From the IMG/VR virus record IMGVR_UViG_3300008111_000017: DNA of 20,000 nucleotides; one strand, written 5' to 3'. Shown here in pieces: positions 7,029 through 15,779 of this stretch (positions are counted from its first letter, which is position 1; every line of letters begins with the position of its first letter). Position numbers and translations under genes: made by a program. The notes beneath the pieces are model-generated. The model had not been told where the DNA came from. It did no database searches and was given only the letters and a program-made list of their open reading frames with translations. The DNA is from an uncultured virus (IMG/VR IMGVR_UViG_3300008111_000017). Its lineage: Duplodnaviria; Heunggongvirae; Uroviricota; Caudoviricetes.

Positions 7029-7697
7029 ATGGCTACTAGCGGAACGACAAACTTCTCTGTTGACGTCATCACGGCTCTCGAAGAAGCCTTCGAGCGGGCA
7101 GGCCGTACCTTCCGTACAGGTTACGATTACGAGTCTGCGGTTCGCTCTATGAACTTGATGTTCAACGAATGGGCCAACAGAGGTATCAACCTTTGGACGA
7201 TTGATCAAATCAACATTGATCTCGTCGATACCTATGGCGTCTACGATCTACCGCCTGACACGGTAGATGTGGTCAGTGCTGTTATCACGACGCAAGAGAA
7301 CGACTATCAGATCGAACGTATGCCCTTTGGTGAATACGCGAACATCGTCGATAAGAATAAGCCTGGAAGGCCAAACAGATATTGGATCGAACGTCTGACG
7401 GGTAATAACCTGATCAACCTTCACCCCGTACCAAACGCATCATTCATCCTGAAGCTCTGGCGATTACGACGCATCCAAGATGCAGGTAGTGCCTCGAACA
7501 CGCTTGATACGCCTTTCCGTTTCAATGAAGCGTTGATCGCAGGCGTTGCGTTGCGTGTTGCAGAGAAGAACCCAAACCTTGATACGACACGGCTCCAGCT
7601 TTTGAAAGAACGCTATAACGAAGCGATGAATTTGGCTCAAGGTGAAGACCGCGATCGTTCCTCTTTCTATCTTCGTCCTAACGCGAGGGCTCGTTGA
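7029..7697 (+). CDS. Head-tail adaptor / tail tubular protein A-like (P22 gp4-like)
   Basis: MATSGTTNF...EEAFERAG...GYDYESAVRSMNLMFNEWANRGINLWTI...GRPNRYWIER...PFRFNEALIAGVA pattern of podovirus adaptor proteins; GGAG SD. Confidence 0.75.
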   Translation: MATSGTTNFSVDVITALEEAFERAGRTFRTGYDYESAVRSMNLMFNEWANRGINLWTIDQINIDLVDTYGVYDLPPDTVDVVSAVITTQENDYQIERMPFGEYANIVDKNKPGRPNRYWIERLTGNNLINLHPVPNASFILKLWRLRRIQDAGSASNTLDTPFRFNEALIAGVALRVAEKNPNLDTTRLQLLKERYNEAMNLAQGEDRDRSSFYLRPNARAR

Positions 7698-7698
7698 C

Positions 7699-7917
7699 AT
7701 GGGTTTCGCCACTGGAAAACATGCCCTTGGTATATGCGACCGCTGCGGCTTTTCGTTCAAGCTGAACAGCCTGCGGTTCCAGTCCGTTGACGGTAATCTG
7801 ACAAAGATAAAAGTCTGTTCATCGTGTATGGATGTCGATAACCCGCAGTGGCAGTTGCGTCTGTTAGACCTGACTGATAACGAAGCTCTGCGCGATCCTC
7901 GCCCTGATACTGACTAA
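7699..7917 (+). CDS. Small putative zinc-ribbon protein (72 aa; CDRC...CSSC)
   Basis: ATG 7699 lies one base after the upstream stop and is preferred to the 7642 start in the track. Sequence MGFATGKHALGICDRCGF...VCSSCMDVDNPQ...EALRDPRPD has two CxxC motifs. Confidence 0.75.
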   Translation: MGFATGKHALGICDRCGFSFKLNSLRFQSVDGNLTKIKVCSSCMDVDNPQWQLRLLDLTDNEALRDPRPDTD

Positions 7918-7926
7918 GGGTCGAGC

Positions 7927-9999
7927 ATGTCGAACGTAACTATTCCTGTCTTACCTGCTTCGCCTCCCGAATATAACGGAGACCAGATCACTCGTAACTT
8001 CGACGATATTACGAAGACGATGCAGCAGATCGTAGACGAGATTGACGAGTCTTCCTCTGGCGGCGTTACCGACGGAGATAAAGGCGACATTACGGTCTCC
8101 GGTTCAGGCACGACGTGGACAATAGACGCGTCGGCTGTCACTAACGCAAAGCTCGCGAATGTGCCTACTGCGACATTAAAAGGGCGTGCGGCAAGCGGGA
8201 CAGGCGAGGTTACTGATTTAACAGGTACTCAGGTCACTGCGCTTTTAGATACTTTTACGACGACAGCTAAAGGATTGGTTCCGGCTGCGACAGGCGGAAA
8301 CACTACGACGGAGTTCGTTCGTAAAGACGGTACGTTTGCCGTACCTTTTACAGAAGCACAGGTGCGCTCGACACCTTTAACTGGATTTGTGGCAGGCACC
8401 GACACCGCGATCGTAGCTACAGATACGATACTTCAGTTTGCTAACAAGACCCAAGGCCAGATCAACAGGCGGTCTCGGGTTTGGCGTGACTGGGTAGACG
8501 CTCGCGACTATGGCCTCTTGATGGACAATCTTCAGTCCAGTGCCGCAGCAAACACGACTGCGCTACAGAATGCAATCAACACGGGCAAGATCGTTACCAT
8601 GCCCGATGGCGATTTCTATGCCAATGCCATCACTGTAGACACGCCTTATCAGCAAATTCTCGGGACAGGGAAGACCCGTTGGCGACAGCCCTCGACGTTT
8701 AACGGCAATCTTATCACGATCAACTTAGCCGCAGAAGGTGCGAAGTGGCAAGGTATGCGGTTCGACGGCAATCGTGGAGCGGTCACTTATAGTTATAACT
8801 CTGGTACGTTCGCGGTGTTTGCCGCAGGGTTTACCGCAGACGATCTTGAACTCAAAGATATTCAGTCAATGGGCATACGGGGGCTGGGTACGTGCCATGA
8901 TTTCCGCGCGACACGTATTAAACTTGAAAACGTTGGCGACTTTCCGATTTTTGTCCAAGAGATTGGCGGGGTCCAACCTATCAATGGCACTATTCGGGAC
9001 ATTCGTATTAAAGAGTTTGGACTTGCCGGAGGGGGTGGAGGCGTAACTTCGTCTGTAGGCATTGGCGTCCGGTCTGCCACGGGAGGGTGGGTCGTCGATG
9101 ACTTTAAGATTCAATGTGACAACGCTTATGCCAATGACCAGTTAGGCGTAGAGTTCTGGACTAATTCTAATGCCAATACTGTATCAAACGGTCACGTGAT
9201 CTACCGCGGGGCGGGCACTGGCGAGTTTGGTATCAGCGCGACAGGTCGTAATAACATCGTTAGCAACATACGGGTTGAAGGTACAGACTCTTACGCCTTT
9301 GAGATTATGGACCCAGGCTGTGCAGTCAGTACTTGTGTCGCGCGCGATCCACGCGGCGCAGGGTTCGCGATGAACGTAAATACCGCTCACCCTAATAGTG
9401 TAGACCAACTAGCCCTTTCGGGCTGTGTCGTAGAAAACGCCAATTCGACAAACCCCTCTTTTGCGGCTTTTGTTATCGACGGGGTATCCGGACCTGTAGC
9501 GCGGGGTGTTAGCATCTCTGGCTGCTCGGCATCAGGTTCTGCTACGCTTTTACGCGTAGGTTCACAGGTAGACGGGTTTTCAATCTCGGGCGGCACATGG
9601 CATAAAACGGGCGGCACAAATAACTGGATGATTTTGGCAGGGTCTAACGGAACGGTTAGCGGCGCTACGATGACACGCGATGCTTTTTCAGGCACGATAC
9701 CGAATGGCATATTGATCGCAGGGTCGAACATATCTATCGGCGGGGAATGCCGTATAAACGGATTCAACGGCGGTACAGCGGCAGTCACTAACATGATCCT
9801 AATCAATGCCGGCCTGACTAATATCAAAATCGGGGATATAAATATCACAGGTTCTATAAGTAACTCAGTGTTCTGTAACTCCACCGCTACTTCAATTCTG
9901 GTCGCAGGCGGTATGCACGATACTGGCGTGGCCTTACAAGCCAACAACCGCGCTAAAGACGTTTATAACACTACGACAAATACGTTCTTCAACCAGTAA
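7927..9999 (+). CDS. Tailspike / polysaccharide depolymerase with right-handed beta-helix (pectate-lyase-like) domain (690 aa)
   Basis: Fibre-type N-terminus (DGDKGDITVSGSGTTWTID..VTNAKLAN), the beta-helix entry motif WVDARDYGL...NTTALQNAINTGKIVTMPDGDFY, then ~22-24-aa Asn/Gly/Ile-rich coils. Confidence 0.8.
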   Translation: MSNVTIPVLPASPPEYNGDQITRNFDDITKTMQQIVDEIDESSSGGVTDGDKGDITVSGSGTTWTIDASAVTNAKLANVPTATLKGRAASGTGEVTDLTGTQVTALLDTFTTTAKGLVPAATGGNTTTEFVRKDGTFAVPFTEAQVRSTPLTGFVAGTDTAIVATDTILQFANKTQGQINRRSRVWRDWVDARDYGLLMDNLQSSAAANTTALQNAINTGKIVTMPDGDFYANAITVDTPYQQILGTGKTRWRQPSTFNGNLITINLAAEGAKWQGMRFDGNRGAVTYSYNSGTFAVFAAGFTADDLELKDIQSMGIRGLGTCHDFRATRIKLENVGDFPIFVQEIGGVQPINGTIRDIRIKEFGLAGGGGGVTSSVGIGVRSATGGWVVDDFKIQCDNAYANDQLGVEFWTNSNANTVSNGHVIYRGAGTGEFGISATGRNNIVSNIRVEGTDSYAFEIMDPGCAVSTCVARDPRGAGFAMNVNTAHPNSVDQLALSGCVVENANSTNPSFAAFVIDGVSGPVARGVSISGCSASGSATLLRVGSQVDGFSISGGTWHKTGGTNNWMILAGSNGTVSGATMTRDAFSGTIPNGILIAGSNISIGGECRINGFNGGTAAVTNMILINAGLTNIKIGDINITGSISNSVFCNSTATSILVAGGMHDTGVALQANNRAKDVYNTTTNTFFNQ

Positions 10000-10002
10000 C
10001 TC

Positions 10003-10030
10003 TTGCATAAACCGCGCGCTTTGTGATACA
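10003..10030 (+). promoter_or_regulatory. Possible sigma70-type promoter (TTGCAT-N16-GATACA, with upstream TG)
   Basis: Lies in the 60-bp gap before the second adaptor gene; imperfect consensus; by-eye match only. Confidence 0.3.
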
Positions 10031-10059
10031 GCAAACGTTAGCCTAAAGGATCATGGACC

Positions 10060-10689
10060 GTGACGCGAGCCGAACTCATATCATTCGTGCAAGAGTATCT
10101 GGATAACATCAATCCAGATTTCACGGCTATGATGGATACGTTCATCACGACTGCCGAAGACAACATCTCGGAAACAGTCCGTCTCCCTTCAGCTAAGGTA
10201 AGCACCGCCTTCAACCTGACCATTGGTCAACCTGTCGTTCCACCACCCGCAGGTATCTTGTCAGTCATCTCATGGTCGGTAACTTCCGGAGGGATGCAGA
10301 CTTTCTTGCGCCCTGTTGAACCAGATTTTATCAGAGCCGCATATCCATCGGCGTCGATCCTTGGCCTTCCGACACGGTATGCTTACGTTGATAACACTCA
10401 GTTCTTGATCGGCCCTGCACCTGATACGGCATACACCTGCAATCTTCAGTACGAAGTCCACCCGCCGTCGCTGACTGTAGATACCGCAGGGACATGGCTC
10501 TCACAGAACGGTACGTCTGCGCTCAAGTGGGCGACGCTCTACCAAGGTTATCTGTGGATGCAGGGCGATAAAGATACGCTCGCTGAATACGAAAAACAAC
10601 TTGGAATCGCAGTCGGACAATTGCGCACCTTGGTCGAAGGTCGTAGACGTAGAGATAGCTTCCGCGACGGCGAACCCCGTCTACCATAG
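10060..10689 (+). CDS. Second phage adaptor/connector-like protein (209 aa)
   Basis: GTG start after AAGGA. The MTRAELISFVQEYLD...FITTAEDNI...GLPTRYAY...IGPAPDTAYTCNLQY...TWLSQNG..ALKWATL pattern resembles podovirus adaptor/tail tubular A-type proteins. Confidence 0.7.
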   Translation: MTRAELISFVQEYLDNINPDFTAMMDTFITTAEDNISETVRLPSAKVSTAFNLTIGQPVVPPPAGILSVISWSVTSGGMQTFLRPVEPDFIRAAYPSASILGLPTRYAYVDNTQFLIGPAPDTAYTCNLQYEVHPPSLTVDTAGTWLSQNGTSALKWATLYQGYLWMQGDKDTLAEYEKQLGIAVGQLRTLVEGRRRRDSFRDGEPRLP

Positions 10690-10698
10690 GACACGCCA

Positions 10699-11994
10699 AT
10701 GCCATCGTCGTACTCTACCAAATACCGCTTGGAGCTTCCCGCTTACGGGGAGAAGATCAACACGTGGGGGCCTATCGTCAACAGCAATGTCGGTACGTTG
10801 CTTGAGCAGGCTATTGACGGCTTCCTGTCTATCGCCATGTCTGACGCTAACCTCACACTTAGCACGGTCAATGCCGGCGATGACCAAGCGCGCAACAAGA
10901 TGCTGCGCTTTACGGGTACGCTTTCTGCCACGCGCGAAGTAATCATTCCTGCCACTAGCCGCGTCTATATGATGTGGAACAGTACGACACAGAGCTTGAC
11001 CTATAAAACGGCAGGTGGCGCGGGTGTTACTTTCCCTTCAGGCGCGAGAGCTTGGGTGTTCTGTGACGGTACAGATACCTTCGAGCTTGGCACTTACGCA
11101 CGTATCACGGGCGGTTCGATCTCGGGTCTTGCGACTATCGCTGCGACCGATGTGCTGCGCGGGTCTGTCAACCTAGCAGACTATGCGCAGAACACCATCA
11201 CCGGAAACTATACCCTTGTTGACACTGATCGCCATCGGTCTATCTACCGGACAGGCGCGTCTGCTTGCGCGCTCACGCTGCCAACAAATGCCACGACCGC
11301 TTTCCCTCTCGGCACTACGGTTCTTGTAGCTGTTGACAACGCTGCGTCTGATATGACGGTAGCCCCTGCGGGTGGTGTGACTTTACGCCAAGCAGGTTCA
11401 GCTACTTCTGGAACCATTACTCTCACCGCGCGTTCTGCGGTATGGTTGATTAAGGTCGGGACCGACGAATGGTTCTTGATCCCTACACCAAGTGTTGTGG
11501 GTGGCGCACTTCTTGCCGCTAATAACCTCTCAGACCTGACAACTGTTGCGACCGCAAGAACCAACCTTGGTCTTACTTCCGCAGCTACGACAGCCATTGG
11601 CACGTCAGGCGCTACGATCCCGCTGCTAAATGCGGCCAATACCCATACTGATGCCAGAGGTGTCGCTGCGGTCACTACTTCAAACCTTCAGTTTGGTTTC
11701 CGTCGCCTCCGTCCTGCCAGTATAACGACAGGCATACCTGATCCAGCCGATAGCGATAGTTGCATTTATGCAACAGATTTTGTGTCACTACCTTCTGCGA
11801 CTTTTGCGCAAGGTGATTGCCTGCTTATCTACAATAATACGTCTGCCGCGATAACTATCTTCGAAGGTTCTGGCCTGACTTTGCGCCAAGATGGTACGAC
11901 TAATACCGGGAACAGAACGCTTGCGGCGCGCGGGCGGGCCTCTGTTTTATTTATCAGTGGAACCGAAGCGGTTGTTGGCGGGGCTATCACATGA
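10699..11994 (+). CDS. Tail fibre protein (431 aa)
   Basis: N-terminal anchor MPSSYSTKYRLEL..GE..NTWG..VNSN...LEQAI; NNLSDL...ARTNLGL fibre motif (11521-11574); two related knob-like domains. Confidence 0.75.
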   Translation: MPSSYSTKYRLELPAYGEKINTWGPIVNSNVGTLLEQAIDGFLSIAMSDANLTLSTVNAGDDQARNKMLRFTGTLSATREVIIPATSRVYMMWNSTTQSLTYKTAGGAGVTFPSGARAWVFCDGTDTFELGTYARITGGSISGLATIAATDVLRGSVNLADYAQNTITGNYTLVDTDRHRSIYRTGASACALTLPTNATTAFPLGTTVLVAVDNAASDMTVAPAGGVTLRQAGSATSGTITLTARSAVWLIKVGTDEWFLIPTPSVVGGALLAANNLSDLTTVATARTNLGLTSAATTAIGTSGATIPLLNAANTHTDARGVAAVTTSNLQFGFRRLRPASITTGIPDPADSDSCIYATDFVSLPSATFAQGDCLLIYNNTSAAITIFEGSGLTLRQDGTTNTGNRTLAARGRASVLFISGTEAVVGGAIT

Positions 11995-12338
11995 CCGCAC
12001 ACATGATCGCTATGCAGAGCCTCGGTCTCCCGCCTATAGTGGTCGCACTATCGGATACGTCTGTGCTTGCGTTGCGATCAGGGTCGGGGTTTGTGCAGAC
12101 CGCAGAGATCACCGCGACCGCAAGCGGCGGTAATGGCGGGCCATATACGTACTCTTGGTCGCGTGTATCAGGGGATGTTGAAATCACCGCTCAAAGCCCG
12201 AGCCTCGCGACGACACGGTTCCAAGCTACGGTTGGTACGTCAAGTACCTTTAACGCAGATTTTAAGTGTACGGCCAGTGATGGCGCGCGGTCAGGTGACT
12301 CTGACCTATGCGGCGTAACTATTCAGGAACTCTCATAA
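11991..12338 (+). CDS. Small Ig-like/beta-sandwich virion protein (115 aa)
   Basis: ATGA overlap; TASGGNGGPYTYSWSRVSG...FKCTASDG resembles Ig/PKD-like phage decoration or fibre-tip domains. Confidence 0.55.
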   Translation: MTAHMIAMQSLGLPPIVVALSDTSVLALRSGSGFVQTAEITATASGGNGGPYTYSWSRVSGDVEITAQSPSLATTRFQATVGTSSTFNADFKCTASDGARSGDSDLCGVTIQELS

Positions 12339-14212
12339 TGGGCCAGATAACTCCTGGCAAAGCAGAGGTTGTTCCTGTCGAGATCGCGTCAGGCTTTATC
12401 TCTGATACGACCCAGTACGCTGCTGGCGGGCGTTGGTGGGACGGCGACGGCGTGCGCTTTCGCAAAGGTTATCCAGAAAAGATAGGTGGCTGGACGCGCC
12501 TACTACCTGCTTCTTGGTTAGGTGTATGCAGAAACCTGTTTGCTTGGGCAGACCTGACAACTCAGAAACGTATTGCCCTTGGCACAACGTTACGAGCACT
12601 TGTTTATAATTCGTTTGATCTTAGCCTGATCGACGTCACGCCAAATGCCAGTACGACGACATTAGGTACAAACCCTCTCGCCGCGACGAACGGTTCACCT
12701 GTCGTGACTGTCACCCATACCAGCCACGGTATGACAACAGGCCGTTATGTCCGCTTATCCGGCGCGACGACTTTCGCGGGTTTGACTGTCGGCGTATTGG
12801 CTGGCGAGTTTATTATCACGGTATTGAACGCCAATACCTATACGATTACAGTTTCGGCCAATGCGACTTCTACCGCCAGTGGTGGCGGAGGATCGGTTGT
12901 TGCGTCTTACGTTCTCCAGCCGTTTGATATTGCGGCTGGATGGGGCACGGGGGCCTATGGCGAAGCGGGCTGGGGTGCGTCCGCTTCGCTATCTCTTGCT
13001 ACGGCAGAGCCGCCTATGTGGTCGTTCGATAACTGGGGCGAAGACCTACTGCTTAATACTCGCGGTCTAGGTATCTATTATTACGACGTAACCACACCGA
13101 CGGTTCCCGCGGTAAACATCACGTCACTTGTGGGCTCGACAGACGCACCTGCCGCAGCTATTCAAGTCTTGGTAGATGCAGAACTACGATTTGCCATAGC
13201 TTTTGGTGCGTCTCCTATCGGGTCTTCTGTACGTGATCCAATGTTTATTCGTTGGGCAGATCGGGGCTCTATCACAAACTGGTCGGTAGGTACTACCTCC
13301 ACAGCAGGTGGTTTCCGTCTTGCTTCGGGCTCTCGTATCATTCGTGCGATCAAGACACGCCGCGAGATCATGGTGTTTACTGACGCCACTTTGTACAGCA
13401 TTCAAGCGGTCGGCGGTTCTTCGATCTTCAAGCCAACTGTGGCGTCTCAAGAGGTCAGCATCCTTGGCCCGAACGCGACAACGGTAGACCATGCTGATTC
13501 CATTTACTGGATGGGACGTGGTAACTTCTATAAGTATGATGGTCGTGTCACGACGCTCGCGTGCGACATCACTGACCGCGTGTTTGATGATATAAACTAT
13601 AATTCCGGAAACAATATCGCTTGTGGCCATAACCCACAGTTCGATGAAATCTGGTGGATGTATCCGTCCGCCAACTCTGTCGAGAATGATAGGTATGTCG
13701 TTTATAACTATGCAGAAAACTCTTGGGTAAGCGGTACGGTCCTTACGCGAAGCGCATGGCTGTCCACGCCTTTGTATGATTACCCCGTTACGGCGGGCGC
13801 TAATGGCGTGTATCTTCAAGAAGATGGTTACGACAATCTTGACACGGGTTCTGCCGCTCCGATTACCAGCTATATCTATTCTGCTCCAACAGAAGTAGAT
13901 GACGGCAATTATGTGCTGCGAGTCGACAAGGTGTATCCAGACTTATCGTTTGGCCGAACTTCGCCGGCGGTGACGCCTATCTTGTCGTACAGTATCACGG
14001 GTTCTGATTGGCCGGGATCAACCAGTATCCAAGACCAGTTGCGCACAAGCGTTGCGGGTGTCCAGACCGCGGATACTCGACCCTTCACAGATAAACTTGA
14101 CTTGCGTGTGCGCGGTCGTAAGTTTGGCATCAGAGTATATAACTCGCAACTCGGCGTGTTCTGGCGTATGGGTCGGCAACGTGTCCGCGTTAAGATTGAT
14201 GGCAAGCGCTGA
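12338..14212 (+). CDS. Tail tubular protein B / DNA-stabilisation protein (P22 gp10-like), 624 aa
   Basis: The TAATG-coupled ATG at 12338 is preferred to 12308. Motifs GRWWDGDGVRFRKGYPEKIGGW, WSFDNWGEDLL, DPMFIRWAD, NPQFDEIWWMYPS..S.ENDRYVVYNY, WRMGRQRVRVKIDGKR. Confidence 0.8.
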   Translation: MGQITPGKAEVVPVEIASGFISDTTQYAAGGRWWDGDGVRFRKGYPEKIGGWTRLLPASWLGVCRNLFAWADLTTQKRIALGTTLRALVYNSFDLSLIDVTPNASTTTLGTNPLAATNGSPVVTVTHTSHGMTTGRYVRLSGATTFAGLTVGVLAGEFIITVLNANTYTITVSANATSTASGGGGSVVASYVLQPFDIAAGWGTGAYGEAGWGASASLSLATAEPPMWSFDNWGEDLLLNTRGLGIYYYDVTTPTVPAVNITSLVGSTDAPAAAIQVLVDAELRFAIAFGASPIGSSVRDPMFIRWADRGSITNWSVGTTSTAGGFRLASGSRIIRAIKTRREIMVFTDATLYSIQAVGGSSIFKPTVASQEVSILGPNATTVDHADSIYWMGRGNFYKYDGRVTTLACDITDRVFDDINYNSGNNIACGHNPQFDEIWWMYPSANSVENDRYVVYNYAENSWVSGTVLTRSAWLSTPLYDYPVTAGANGVYLQEDGYDNLDTGSAAPITSYIYSAPTEVDDGNYVLRVDKVYPDLSFGRTSPAVTPILSYSITGSDWPGSTSIQDQLRTSVAGVQTADTRPFTDKLDLRVRGRKFGIRVYNSQLGVFWRMGRQRVRVKIDGKR

Positions 14213-14242
14213 TTGACCTAAGTGCCGTAATGCCGTAGTAAT
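14213..14242 (+). promoter_or_regulatory. Probable sigma70-type promoter (TTGACC-N17-TAGTAA/T) upstream of the internal virion protein genes
   Basis: TTGACC at 14213-14218 and TAGTAAT at 14236-14242; spacer contains a TGCCGTA direct repeat (14223-14229, 14231-14237); GGAGA SD before ATG 14263. Confidence 0.45.
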
Positions 14243-14262
14243 CGACATCTTCGGAGACAACC

Positions 14263-15363
14263 ATGGCGTATGCTCTAGCCGGTGCGGCTGAACACCTAGC
14301 TTCTAAAGGCCGTAACGGCGACACGATGTTGGTTCACATGAACCCGCTTGAAGTCGCATGGCTGAACGAACAAACGCCAGGGGGCCTCACGACTAACCCT
14401 GATACCGGCCAACCAGAGGCTTTTGCTTTCTTGTTGCCATTGCTTGCAGGCGCAGCAGGCCCCGGCCTTATGGGTGCGATGGGTATCTCTGGTCTCGGAG
14501 CTACGCTAGGTACGGCAGGCTTGACCGCTTTAGCTGACTATGCCGTCAACAAAGACCCTCAAAAAGCCTTAGGCTCTGGTCTCTTGTCGTTTGGTTTGGG
14601 TGGTCTCGGTAATGCTATGAAGGGTGGCGCGGAAGCGGTTAAAGCTGCACCCGGCCTAGCTTCGACGGTTACTAATACGGCAGACGGTATCCGTATCGCA
14701 GGGGGGCAACTTGCCACGCCCGCAACGTCGGCTCTTAGCGCACTCGGCCAACAAGCTACTAAGTCTGGCGGTATGCTGTCGGGACTTGGTACGCTGGGAA
14801 CGGCGGCTAAAAATCCAATGGCGGCTATGAACTCTATCAAAGCTAATCCGTTGTCTATCGGTGTACCACTTGCAGCAGGCGCGGCTCTCAGTATGCCGCA
14901 GCCAGTGTCTTACCGCGGTCCTAACGAAGAAGATGATAAGTACGGGGGTGATTATGCACGTGAACGATTCCCCGGACCCCGCACTCGTAACCAATACACC
15001 GGAGACATTGGACGATATGGCGTTGACAGCGGAGAGTTCAACTACTTCACCCCCAATAACGACCGCATGGCATCACCCCCAATTCTCGGACCCGCGGGTC
15101 TCGGCGCGTATGGCATGGCAAATGGCGGAGCAGTGCTCGGGGAAGGCGACGGAGTATCCGACAGCATTCCCGCCATCGGCCCCGGTGATCGACCCATACA
15201 GCTTAGTGACGGCGAGTACGTTATTCCGGCAGATGTAGTGTCTATGCTCGGCAAAGGCTCGACCAATGGCGGTATCCGCTATCTGGATGCGATGATTGCC
15301 AAGACCCGTGACAACCCGCCTCGCCAAGAAAAAGGTAAACCGCCTCGTCGTATGGCGGCGTAA
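14263..15363 (+). CDS. Internal virion (ejection-type) protein, 366 aa
   Basis: LASKGRNGDTMLVHMNP.EV...TTNPDTGQPEAF N-motif; long Gly/Ala hydrophobic stretch; C-terminal MANGGAVLGEGDGVSDSIPA...LSDGEYVIPADVVSMLG.GS domain. Confidence 0.7.
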   Translation: MAYALAGAAEHLASKGRNGDTMLVHMNPLEVAWLNEQTPGGLTTNPDTGQPEAFAFLLPLLAGAAGPGLMGAMGISGLGATLGTAGLTALADYAVNKDPQKALGSGLLSFGLGGLGNAMKGGAEAVKAAPGLASTVTNTADGIRIAGGQLATPATSALSALGQQATKSGGMLSGLGTLGTAAKNPMAAMNSIKANPLSIGVPLAAGAALSMPQPVSYRGPNEEDDKYGGDYARERFPGPRTRNQYTGDIGRYGVDSGEFNYFTPNNDRMASPPILGPAGLGAYGMANGGAVLGEGDGVSDSIPAIGPGDRPIQLSDGEYVIPADVVSMLGKGSTNGGIRYLDAMIAKTRDNPPRQEKGKPPRRMAA

Positions 15364-15365
15364 CC

Positions 15366-15779
15366 TTGTTCTCGCTTGTTCCGGTTGAATATGTCGATCA
15401 CTTAGAGCCTAGACTCTATCCAGAATTAGAGCGTGCGGCAGAGCAATCCTTTGGCCGATACACGGCGGATGACATATTTGATCTGGTTCGGTCAGGTGAA
15501 TGGCAGTTATGGATAGCTTTTGATAAAGATGTCTTCAGGCCAGACCTTGCTTTTGTCACAGCAATCGTGCAATATCCACGCACCCGTGCCCTCCAAGTCA
15601 TTGCCTGCGCCGGGAGCAGGTTCTTTAAGCACTTTCCTGATGTCGATGCTGTGTTTAGACAATACGCACGAGATCAGGGATGCACCATCTTCGAGACCTA
15701 TGGTCGCCAAGGTTGGGGCAAAGTGTTGAAACGGTATGGCGACGCATACACGTCGTCAATGATCGAAGGGTTTATCTAA
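15366..15779 (+). CDS. GNAT-fold-like virion assembly protein (positional analogue of T7 gp13)
   Basis: TTG start 2 nt after the upstream stop; WQLWIAFD...FVTAIVQYPRTRALQVIACAG...YARDQGCTIFETYGRQGWGKVL pattern; located among ejection genes. Confidence 0.6.
   Translation: MFSLVPVEYVDHLEPRLYPELERAAEQSFGRYTADDIFDLVRSGEWQLWIAFDKDVFRPDLAFVTAIVQYPRTRALQVIACAGSRFFKHFPDVDAVFRQYARDQGCTIFETYGRQGWGKVLKRYGDAYTSSMIEGFI

Noticed and set aside
14263..15363. Tape measure protein, suggested by the GDGVSDSIPA...LSDGEYVI motif
   Set aside because: The protein is short, there are no tail tube or chaperone genes, and the context is a podovirus ejection-gene cluster.
7642..15778. Track start sites at 7642, 12308 and 15680
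   Set aside because: Each overlaps the upstream gene substantially. Coupled ATGs at 7699, 12338 and 15779 directly follow or overlap the upstream stops and give family-typical N-termini.
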